Source: an uncultured virus (IMG/VR IMGVR_UViG_3300006128_000010) (Duplodnaviria; Heunggongvirae; Uroviricota; Caudoviricetes). From it: 64,000 bases of DNA. The DNA is taken from IMG/VR virus record IMGVR_UViG_3300006128_000010; one strand, 5' to 3'. The notes beneath the pieces are model-generated. The model worked only from the letters and a program-made list of their open reading frames with translations, did not search any database and had not been told where the DNA came from. Of the stretch, positions 19,389-27,921 are shown one piece after another. Positions within the stretch are counted from its first letter, which is position 1. Every line of letters begins with the position of its first letter. The translations under genes were made by a program, and so were the position numbers.

Positions 19389-21050
19389 TCAGTTTTCAAT
19401 ACATAACTCGTCCGTTTCTACAAGTTCATCCGCTCTAACATAACCTCTATTTTTGGTATAAATTAAATGATCAGCAGTGCATTGGATAATCTTACCACTT
19501 TCATCTGTGATCTCATAAAGTTCTGTTACTGTTTTAGTTTTCATTGCACCTGAAATATCAGCCCATATTACTTTGTCATTCTTAAAACTTTTAATCTTTG
19601 ATTCAGTAAGGCCGCCTAATTCAAATCTTTCTACTGCACTAGCAACCGACATTGTTTCAATTTTCCCGCTTTTATGTAAAAAGGTTACGCGAGTATCGCC
19701 TGTAATACAACAGAGATTTGATTGGTAAATTGGATGTACCTTGGGATCAAACGGTCCTTGATTCTGAACATTATCAGTATACATCAAATAAATTCGACCA
19801 GTATCAGTACGTTCTTTTAAAATACCGCCCTTAAATACTTCTTCTGCACTCATAGTCTTAGTGCGTATATCTTTACGTTTTTCATACTTAACATAAAGGT
19901 TTTCAAATAGTTCCGTATCTCCATAAAATGCTTCAAATAAATCTGGTACTTCGTTCGGATCAAAGAATGTGATATTTTCTTTGTTCTTAAAGCGACGCCA
20001 AAAGAATGCGTTCAATACTACTGCATAATCCATATGACGTACACGAGTTTCTTCAGTACCTTGATTATTTTTTAATACAATCAAATCATCAAATTGATAG
20101 TGCCATATTGGGAAGTAAACAGTACAGCTGGAATTCCTAATACCACCTTGTGAACAGCTACGTAGATCACCAAACCACTTCTTTAGGAACGGAATCATAC
20201 CTGTATGTGTAATCTCCCCGCCTCTAATTGGACTACCAAGGGGACGTAGTCTACCAATTTCTAACCCGATACCAGCTCGTTTACTTGCATACTTGGCCAT
20301 CATTTCGCCAGCAGCAAAAATACTGTCTAGATTATCGTCAGCACGTATGAGAACACAACTACTGAACTGTTTAGTTGGTGTTCCTAATCCTGCTAGCACA
20401 GGTGTAGCTAGAGTAAACAATCCGTCTGAGGCAGCATTATAGTATTCTTTAATATATTTCATTCTAGCTTGACTAGGTTCTTCTCTATGAAACACTGTTG
20501 CGGCTGCTACAATATACCTAATCTGCGGTGTTTCGTATATCTGTTTAGTGGCACGATTACGTATCAAGTATTTTTCAATTAATTGTTCAATTGCTGCATA
20601 GCTGTACGCTTCATCTTTGGTATGATCAAGGATATCGTTCATTCGATTCCAATCATCAACTGTGTACCAATCTAATAAATCTCGGGTATATAATCCTAAT
20701 TCCACATTATGTTTAACAATTTCATATATGTGAGGCGGATTATACTGACCGTAGACATCCTTACGCAACATACCAAGTCGTTGATTGCCGGCTACAAATT
20801 GATAATTGGTATGTCCGATATCTGGATTAGATTCTATATCGATTAGATCAACTATAGCACGTAGGGTTATTTCATCTATTTCTCTGGTGCTGATACCATC
20901 ATAAAAATGTGGTTGTGCTTTGATTTCTATCATTGATTGACTAACGTCAGCTATGCCCGTGCAGACCTTGGTGATCTGATTTTGCCATTTAGTAACATCT
21001 AACGGCACTTTTGCTCCGCTACGTTTTACAACTCGAATCGATGACATCAT
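19389..21050 (-). CDS. nrdA: NrdA N-terminal fragment fused to N-terminal split intein (106 aa)
   Basis: ATP cone VVKRSG, QFSSC, QGGIR, QSNLC|CITGDT...CTADH...RGYVRADEL. Confidence 0.95.
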   Translation of the reverse strand: MMSSIRVVKRSGAKVPLDVTKWQNQITKVCTGIADVSQSMIEIKAQPHFYDGISTREIDEITLRAIVDLIDIESNPDIGHTNYQFVAGNQRLGMLRKDVYGQYNPPHIYEIVKHNVELGLYTRDLLDWYTVDDWNRMNDILDHTKDEAYSYAAIEQLIEKYLIRNRATKQIYETPQIRYIVAAATVFHREEPSQARMKYIKEYYNAASDGLFTLATPVLAGLGTPTKQFSSCVLIRADDNLDSIFAAGEMMAKYASKRAGIGLEIGRLRPLGSPIRGGEITHTGMIPFLKKWFGDLRSCSQGGIRNSSCTVYFPIWHYQFDDLIVLKNNQGTEETRVRHMDYAVVLNAFFWRRFKNKENITFFDPNEVPDLFEAFYGDTELFENLYVKYEKRKDIRTKTMSAEEVFKGGILKERTDTGRIYLMYTDNVQNQGPFDPKVHPIYQSNLCCITGDTRVTFLHKSGKIETMSVASAVERFELGGLTESKIKSFKNDKVIWADISGAMKTKTVTELYEITDESGKIIQCTADHLIYTKNRGYVRADELVETDELCIEN

Positions 21051-21142
21051 TTACCTCAATAATTTAAATTTTCAATAGCGGATTTTTTTTGGAAAGTAAC
21101 TCTATTTACAAATTATAACAGATAATATCTAAAATTTAATTA

Positions 21143-21598
21143 TTAAATTTGAATATATTTTTTGTCATTATACCTGTATCTACTATGTATAATCAATGCA
21201 TTGTCAAAATCTATTACATTTGCATGACTAACATTCAGCACAAACTTGTTATCTACAATTACAACCAAGTGCTGCATAGTTTTTTCGGTATCACTGGCTA
21301 GACCAATTTGTACTCTATCCGAAGTCCATCGTTCGCCTCCGCTTAACAATAAAGTATACTGCATGCCCAGTGCTATAGCACTGTAGTCTAAATTTTTTGT
21401 AGCAATTAATTCCCAGGGATCAGGCCATGTTGCTCGATCGTCCCAGTTTAACCAATATTTTGAAATTGGGCATTGTGCCCACCATTTTGCTACAATATTT
21501 AACTGTTCAGAGTCAGTTAGAGTATCATTCAAGCTATTTCTTAGTTGTTTCCATTCTTTTCTTAGATTTTGTGGGCTTTCAAAGAAAGGGTTGTTCAT
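21143..21598 (-). CDS. conserved hypothetical phage protein
   Basis: 151-aa ORF, WPDPWEL motif, coupled to upstream gene. Confidence 0.75.
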   Translation of the reverse strand: MNNPFFESPQNLRKEWKQLRNSLNDTLTDSEQLNIVAKWWAQCPISKYWLNWDDRATWPDPWELIATKNLDYSAIALGMQYTLLLSGGERWTSDRVQIGLASDTEKTMQHLVVIVDNKFVLNVSHANVIDFDNALIIHSRYRYNDKKYIQI

Positions 21599-21599
21599 A

Positions 21600-23138
21600 T
21601 CAGGTTAACCATGATGATGAAGAAACTATGAAAAATGATGCATCATATCCTGTAGTAGTGCTAAGATATGTTATTATCAATTTTCCATTAGCACTGTCTA
21701 ATCTATATCCAAATGTGATCCCAACATCATCTTTTAATGTTGTGTACTCATCTTGTAATACAGTATTAACACCGTCAGTTAACATGGTTATTGTACCAGT
21801 TCTTTTGTTATTATTTCTAGATATACTATAGATTATATTAATTGTATTATACTCTCTTATATAGAAAAATATTTCAGTATCAACTGCCGATGACGGATTA
21901 TTGTCTAATAAAAGTATTGGTCCTGCTATATCAGGCAAATTACTTATTACACTATATTTTTGAGGATTGATAGTAATATTAAGGGCAGGATTATTATCTT
22001 GAACCAATTGTTGTGAATTAATAAACTGATCACCTATACTAGCACAACTACTTGTACCGGCACTCCATAATATGGGAGGATTTGAGTAATACACTCCTAC
22101 CCCGTTAAAGCTATTACCGGTGCTAATTACTCCAGGATTGGTTGAGTAACATGCAATACCATATGAATCTATATCAGTAAATACACAGTTGGTTATTTTG
22201 ATCATTGACGGCCCACCTAGATACGAGCTTTGTCCTAGAACTACACCGTTCCAACAATTGTGCATATTTGATAGATTAATTCTTAAATTAGTAATTGGAT
22301 CATTTGAAAAAACTGCATAACCCATTCCTGATATTTCACAATCTTGTATTGAAATATTGTCTGGTATATATGTACTGCCAAGACTTTCTATACTAATACC
22401 ATTTGTGTCTATTTGTATGTTACTACTATTGACCCACGGTCCTGTTATTTTTACACCAGTTACCGTGACATTCTTTGCTCGTTGTAACAAAATAACATCT
22501 TTATTATTGTTTGGTTGATTTAACCAAAGATCAACCAAATCAATATATTGAGGTAGTGTAGCAGAATTCATACCTATATTTGTTGCGGTATTTCCATTAC
22601 CGTCCACTGTTTGAAACATACAATTCGCAACTGTATTATTCATAGTTATTAAAGTTCTATTACTGCCTTCTCCCTGTAATTTAACATAAGGGTACAGTTT
22701 TATAGGTTGTGATATCACGTATGTGCCAGCTGGTATCCAAATGGTCGCATATCCACCAAGTGGACTATAACCGGAAGCAGCTATTACTGCGTATCGATCT
22801 TCGATAGCTGCTTGTATAGCAGCAGTATCATCAGCAAGTCCATTTCCAATTGCACCATAATCTCTAACTGAAACAAAATCATCTAATTTAGAACCTATAC
22901 TACGAGGCATTGCAGAGGATCGAATTCCATTTGACCCACGATATGTATGCTGTATGAGTGCATCGTTTGGGGTCCATTCTGTGAGTATTTGACTATTTCC
23001 GCCAAAACCGTCGCTGTTACCTATGAACAATTCTCGAGTATCTAAACACCATCCAATCTCTCCTTCATATAAACTAGTGGGTAAATCACTCTTAAGACCG
23101 CGTCGATTTTGTAAACGGCTAATTTTTGTTATGGCCAT
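21600..23138 (-). CDS. virion fibre/spike protein with pectate-lyase-like beta-helix
   Basis: RRG...LP..L.EGEIGW.LDTRELFIG head; SVRDYGAIGNG.ADDTAAIQAAI, IPAGTY. Confidence 0.8.
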   Translation of the reverse strand: MAITKISRLQNRRGLKSDLPTSLYEGEIGWCLDTRELFIGNSDGFGGNSQILTEWTPNDALIQHTYRGSNGIRSSAMPRSIGSKLDDFVSVRDYGAIGNGLADDTAAIQAAIEDRYAVIAASGYSPLGGYATIWIPAGTYVISQPIKLYPYVKLQGEGSNRTLITMNNTVANCMFQTVDGNGNTATNIGMNSATLPQYIDLVDLWLNQPNNNKDVILLQRAKNVTVTGVKITGPWVNSSNIQIDTNGISIESLGSTYIPDNISIQDCEISGMGYAVFSNDPITNLRINLSNMHNCWNGVVLGQSSYLGGPSMIKITNCVFTDIDSYGIACYSTNPGVISTGNSFNGVGVYYSNPPILWSAGTSSCASIGDQFINSQQLVQDNNPALNITINPQKYSVISNLPDIAGPILLLDNNPSSAVDTEIFFYIREYNTINIIYSISRNNNKRTGTITMLTDGVNTVLQDEYTTLKDDVGITFGYRLDSANGKLIITYLSTTTGYDASFFIVSSSSWLT

Positions 23139-23242
23139 AATTTTATCCTAAAGGTATGCCTAGTATTTATTTAATAACTAATGATGTTCGACGTATACCA
23201 TGTCCTGCTAAATATCACATCAGCATAATTACCGAGGTTACT

Positions 23243-23869
23243 ATGAAAATTGACGAGATATTATCAGAATTAGACAATCGTCCAGATGACAATTTCACAG
23301 CAGAGGACCTGCATCATCTTTCAAAAATACGTGATCTCAGCAAAGCGCAAGAATTCGCACTAAGCTTAATCAATAAACCCAGCAAAAAACCTTTGACTAC
23401 TGCTAAAAGAGCATGGTTTGAACGTGCTATACGTGGTGCTACCAGTGTACAAAAACTAACCAAAATGTTATGGGACATGATGTTAAGCGGAGAAGGGCAC
23501 TCTGTTATTGGTACTAGACACAGCACCGATCCTAATTCATATCGCAAGCAATTCGGCGAGGATGCTACAGGACCACACTATTCAAGAGCATATGAATTAG
23601 GCTTTATATCTGCAATGACACCAGATGGACAGATACATCATGTTAAAAGCAAACACGACGGTGCTGCTTTACCAGTGGGAAGTATACTGCTCAGTGCAGA
23701 AGAACATAGACCAGGACAGTACTTATACCAACTATACAAGAAAGTTGACGACTCAACTGATATTATGACTAACTCATTTGAAGATCTGGGATTTTTAAAG
23801 GTTGGCTCATATGCCAAAGCGGCAGAAGTTGCTGCGGCCTTTAAAGATCAGGCATCTAAGCTAGTCTGA
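23243..23869 (+). CDS. putative internal head protein
   Basis: start MKIDEILSE, GAGG SD, CTAAATA late box upstream. Confidence 0.6.
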   Translation: MKIDEILSELDNRPDDNFTAEDLHHLSKIRDLSKAQEFALSLINKPSKKPLTTAKRAWFERAIRGATSVQKLTKMLWDMMLSGEGHSVIGTRHSTDPNSYRKQFGEDATGPHYSRAYELGFISAMTPDGQIHHVKSKHDGAALPVGSILLSAEEHRPGQYLYQLYKKVDDSTDIMTNSFEDLGFLKVGSYAKAAEVAAAFKDQASKLV

Positions 23870-23936
23870 TATTTGTTTACATTTATTCAACTTGTAAGTA
23901 GTTGATATTAAACTTCTAAAATTTTTAATATTTTGG

Positions 23937-23964
23937 TTGACAGTACTTTATCAGATGCTATTAT
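23937..23964 (+). promoter_or_regulatory. early promoter
   Basis: TTGACA-N16-TATTAT with TGC extension. Confidence 0.75.
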
Positions 23965-23997
23965 AAACATTATTTTATTAAGCATATGAGGTATATC

Positions 23998-24105
23998 GTG
24001 GCTAGAGTTGGAAGTCTTAAAGCAAAAAAAGCAAAAATCAAAAGAATTCGTAAAAATGAAAATGCTAAAGTTAAACGTGCTCAAAAGAAAAAAAGAGGTT
24101 TCTGA
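23998..24105 (+). CDS. 35-aa highly basic peptide (absent from the ORF track)
   Basis: GAGGT SD, GTG start, MARVGSLKAKKAKIKRIRKNENAKVKRAQKKKRGF; TGA overlaps next ATG. Confidence 0.7.
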   Translation: MARVGSLKAKKAKIKRIRKNENAKVKRAQKKKRGF

Positions 24106-24524
24106 TGAATACGACGTTTGCAATACCAGCTGTTGGTAGCGTTATCGAAGTTGAAATGGCCAATCCTCTTATGGTTAGTGCTCGTTATCCTGGTATGCCC
24201 TCTAGATCAGTTTACCGAGGTACAGTGCTAACTCCGTTCAAATGGGTCGATGTAGATGACTTTTGTTTGTCGACTGGTATTGCAGATTCTCCTGTGAGAA
24301 TTCTAGACAGTAAACTGATACTGGCACTCAAACATCAGGATGGGTCAACAGCCGTTGCTGCGCCCGATGATCGTCCGCAGGTTCGAATCTGGACTATTGA
24401 AGGTAGTAAAGGTAATGTGTATACAGTTACACTAAACGGAGATAAATTTGTTTGTGATTGCGTTGCGGGTAAATTTAACAGGTTTTGTCGTCATATTTCG
24501 CAAGCTAAATCATCTATGACTTAA
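24105..24524 (+). CDS. SWIM zinc-finger protein
   Basis: GSKGNVYTV...CDC...CRH. Confidence 0.8.
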   Translation: MNTTFAIPAVGSVIEVEMANPLMVSARYPGMPSRSVYRGTVLTPFKWVDVDDFCLSTGIADSPVRILDSKLILALKHQDGSTAVAAPDDRPQVRIWTIEGSKGNVYTVTLNGDKFVCDCVAGKFNRFCRHISQAKSSMT

Positions 24525-24571
24525 ATTTACAATTATCAAAATGCCATCTACGCATAAACAAAGGAGACAAA

Positions 24572-24772
24572 ATGACCAGCAAGGTACAAATAACACCAAA
24601 TGAATTGAACAGACTAGTTGAATGGTTAAAGACACTACCAACTGCACCTATGAACATTATCATAGAAGAAGGTGAACCAACTGGTATTGGGAATATTGTT
24701 AAAGTATACACTACAAATGTTGACGGTAGTAGTGGTCAATGGAAACTGCTAACAGACTATAGCGAGTGGTAA
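24572..24772 (+). CDS. hypothetical protein
   Basis: AAAGGAG SD, TGIG motif. Confidence 0.7.
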   Translation: MTSKVQITPNELNRLVEWLKTLPTAPMNIIIEEGEPTGIGNIVKVYTTNVDGSSGQWKLLTDYSEW

Positions 24773-24790
24773 AATAATTCAAGGAACCTC

Positions 24791-25042
24791 TTGATAATGT
24801 CCTATATAGTTGATATTGAACAATATGAGAAGCCTTTCACCAAGTGCCTTGGACATATAGCAAATAGTATAACTCGTAAAAGTATCGTTGGATTAGAATA
24901 TTACGAACAACTTATAGATGAAATGAAAAAAGAATATAATATCAAAGTACATAAACACCCAGCATATTCGGGTGTTGTTTGGAATCAATTAGAATTTGAA
25001 AATAGAGACGCTTTTACATTTTGGTTATTGAAATGGGACTAG
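24791..25042 (+). CDS. hypothetical protein
   Basis: C-terminal FE...AFTFWLLKW motif typical of small phage proteins. Confidence 0.65.
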   Translation: MIMSYIVDIEQYEKPFTKCLGHIANSITRKSIVGLEYYEQLIDEMKKEYNIKVHKHPAYSGVVWNQLEFENRDAFTFWLLKWD

Positions 25043-25542
25043 TTGGTAAAACCTTTAGATACTTTACGCTGACCTTGATATGATTTCATGCTCCTGATTG
25101 GTATTCCTCTTTCAGCAGCAAGTTTAATAATGCTAGGCAGTATCTTGTCTTGTGGGATATCAGGATTGATTTCTATGTGACTTATGAAAGGTTGTTTAAG
25201 AGGGATTGGTACTAAGACTTCTTCTTCCTTTTCTGGATCCTTACCTTTAGGAGTGCTCGTGTAATAAGGTGACCACCCAAATGGTTGTACTTTTATGCCT
25301 GCTCTCCTTAAAGCATCACGATCTATAGCAAATTGAGCAGCACCTTCATAATTAGGGAAGCGATAGAATTGATCGCGAGTTAGACTAATAACAGGATTAG
25401 TTCTACCCATTTCAGAACCATGTGTGGCTACACGAGGGAGAATCTTACCACTTTGTAGGATCTTTTCTAATATAGAAAAACTGTATACACTGTGGTATAA
25501 GAGGTTGGCTCCAACGGCTTCTAAAAGTTCACTGATACGCAT
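25039..25542 (-). CDS. putative ADP-ribosyltransferase-fold protein
   Basis: LYH..., IL.SG.I, ISLTRD, F.ID, EKEEEV pattern; TATAAATA upstream. Confidence 0.55.
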   Translation of the reverse strand: MRISELLEAVGANLLYHSVYSFSILEKILQSGKILPRVATHGSEMGRTNPVISLTRDQFYRFPNYEGAAQFAIDRDALRRAGIKVQPFGWSPYYTSTPKGKDPEKEEEVLVPIPLKQPFISHIEINPDIPQDKILPSIIKLAAERGIPIRSMKSYQGQRKVSKGFTN

Positions 25543-25602
25543 AAGGTATTTATAGTGTATCAGTCCTTGAATACATGCTTAGTATAATAGTCAGATACTC
25601 TG

Positions 25603-26664
25603 TTACTCCAGTCTATCTGGCTTTCTTTTTACTTTTCCTGAAATAAATCCGTTAGGCTGCTCTTTGGCCATAATATTAAGATTTCCGTTATTATACCATT
25701 TCAATCCAACTGCTCCGCCTTTACACCTGCCTGAGTACCACCCATTCGGCGATTCGTATGCTAATGTTTGGTTTATACCATTTGTGTACCATTTTTTACC
25801 ACGCGATTTACCGTAAGTTCCTTTAAGTGCTCCTTCTACAAACCCGTCTGGTTTATCAACTGATAATATTTGTTCAATTCCGTTATTATATAGTTTTTTA
25901 TCTTTGTTATTTCCTATTATATTAATTTTCCCAAGTGTCCATCCTATTGGTACAGATTCACTTAGAACTTCTTCAAATCCGTTATTATACCACTTTTTAT
26001 TTTTGATTTTACTTGCTAGTCTACCGGGCGTAAAACCTTCTGGACAGTTAACGTTCATACATTCAATTACACCATTATTGAACCATAATGTTCCTGAAGT
26101 TGGACTGTTTAATCTTCCCGGCTTAAAACCATTTGGACATATTTGAGCTGTTATTTCAACCAATCCATTATTGTACCAATTAAAAGCGTTAGATAAACAA
26201 CCTAGCTGCCAGCCTTGAATTGGGGTATGTGATAATTGTTCTTCTGTACCATTATTGTACCATCGTTGTCCTTTTAATCCGTTTATCGTGGCCAATTTTA
26301 ATCGTTCATACTGTCTGGAATTCTAATTCCTTTTCTGACCTATTCCTTTTTGTTTAAGTTTTCCAAATGCTAATTCCATTTTGTAGTACATGGGTCCATT
26401 TGGTACCATTTTGGTTAATAACCAATGGCATATATAATGTTCTCTTGCCTGAAGTTTAACTAAATTTATTCTATTATTCGGATCTCCGTGTAAGCATCCT
26501 TTCTGACCTTTTCTTGATCTTTTAATGTAAAAGCAATCTGGAATGATATGATGTACCTCAACATAATCATTAATGATTCTATTTTTTGATTTTTCAATTA
26601 TTTTAAAATATAAGTCAGTATATTTGTTATTAATAAAAGGTGTATAATCTGTTTCTGTTTCCAT
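25603..26664 (-). pseudogene. HNH homing endonuclease with seven WYNNG-type repeats, interrupted by one in-frame TAG
   Basis: HNH half and repeat half are in the same frame; TAG at 26323-26325. Confidence 0.8.
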
Positions 26665-26683
26665 ACATAATTTTATTATACTT

Positions 26684-27373
26684 TTACTTAAAAACAAATT
26701 TATTATAATATTCGTCAACACGTTGACACCATTTTAATTTAAATTCTTCCATTTCATATCCACCAATTTCAAACTGTTGATACTCACAATCTCTGCTGCA
26801 CATAAAAATAACACCTCTATCTATATTTGTTCCAAATGTGTTATCATGTGCCATTGCATAAGCACATAATTGTAAAAAATAATCTTCAATCCATTGAATC
26901 TTTTTTGGTCTATTTGTTGTCTTAAAGTCGATAATAGCTGGTTTACCTTTATAAATGCCAACACAATCAGTGGTACCTGCCCATATTGTGTCATAATATA
27001 AATGAGATTCAACTCCCCAAATCTCATCAACATCTATAAAACCATTTTGAATAACGGTGTCAGCCATACGTTTAGCCATAAGTCGGCCATAGTTATTACC
27101 GCCCGGACGTTCTTGTCCCAAAAGGTATGATTCTAAGTGACTATGAAAAGTTGTGCCAAGTCCGGCACTTTCTTCGGTGATCTGTTTGGCTTTATCTTCG
27201 CCGACACGCTTGCGCCAAGCAATCAAATGTGTAATGTCTTTTGTTTTCGACAAAATTGTCGTAACTGATGGAATTTTATTACCAATTTCATCTACATAGA
27301 CTCGACCGTTTCCATCGCCGTCGTGTCTACCAAGTTTCTTATATTCATAAAGTGGATTAAGTTTAACGCCCAT
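26684..27373 (-). CDS. PD-(D/E)XK exonuclease (Cas4/RecB-like phage family)
   Basis: PSVTTIL, GT.FH, E..L, AGTTD, IIDFKT, Y.LQL.AY. Confidence 0.88.
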   Translation of the reverse strand: MGVKLNPLYEYKKLGRHDGDGNGRVYVDEIGNKIPSVTTILSKTKDITHLIAWRKRVGEDKAKQITEESAGLGTTFHSHLESYLLGQERPGGNNYGRLMAKRMADTVIQNGFIDVDEIWGVESHLYYDTIWAGTTDCVGIYKGKPAIIDFKTTNRPKKIQWIEDYFLQLCAYAMAHDNTFGTNIDRGVIFMCSRDCEYQQFEIGGYEMEEFKLKWCQRVDEYYNKFVFK

Positions 27374-27376
27374 GTT

Positions 27377-27685
27377 TCAATGCTTTGCTAGTAGGATTCT
27401 AATGTAACCAGTTATATCAATACAAAACAAACTCAAATTAAACGCTAACATACCAAAGCTACCTCTGCTGTATGAACAGAACATCATGCAGAATAGTGCG
27501 CTTAGCCACAGTGGATAAAATACTTCCCACGGCGGATTCGGTACTGTGCTTGAAACTATTATACCGCTGACTGCACTTGCAATCCAGCTGTAAACTTCGG
27601 CAATGGTTCTAGTTTTGCTACTAGCCCAATCTGTTTTAATATAATCGACGAAACTGTTAACGGCTTTGGTGACAAATGTTTTCAT
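27377..27685 (-). CDS. small membrane protein
   Basis: three hydrophobic segments. Confidence 0.7.
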   Translation of the reverse strand: MKTFVTKAVNSFVDYIKTDWASSKTRTIAEVYSWIASAVSGIIVSSTVPNPPWEVFYPLWLSALFCMMFCSYSRGSFGMLAFNLSLFCIDITGYIRILLAKH

Positions 27686-27918
27686 GACTTATTATAAGCG
27701 GCTTGCATCATATCTGCTAATTTTTCTGCAACTGATGCTGCTCTTGTTTGGTCTGCTTGTTTGCGGATATTGAGCAGGCCTTTTATAACGTCTGACTTTT
27801 CTGGAAGAGCTCGAATCTCGTCCTCCGTCATGGTTTTAGCACGTTCGACTAGTTCTTGTATGTGTGGTTTTTTACTTTTGAGTAGGAATGCTTCTGGACC
27901 GTGTAGTGTACTTCTCAT
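27682..27918 (-). CDS. hypothetical protein
   Basis: translationally coupled ORF. Confidence 0.6.
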   Translation of the reverse strand: MRSTLHGPEAFLLKSKKPHIQELVERAKTMTEDEIRALPEKSDVIKGLLNIRKQADQTRAASVAEKLADMMQAAYNKS

Positions 27919-27921
27919 GGT

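Noticed and set aside
24370..24400. tRNA T-arm (GGTTCGAATC)
   Set aside because: Stem does not close, no cloverleaf, and it lies inside a CDS; no canonical tRNA was seen in the window
26323..26325. Genome-wide TAG recoding
   Set aside because: Core genes are intact in the standard code and TAG ends other genes (e.g. 4949, 25039, 46202)
26684..27373. CRISPR-associated Cas4
   Set aside because: No four-Cys Fe-S motif, no cas genes or array; ordinary phage exonuclease
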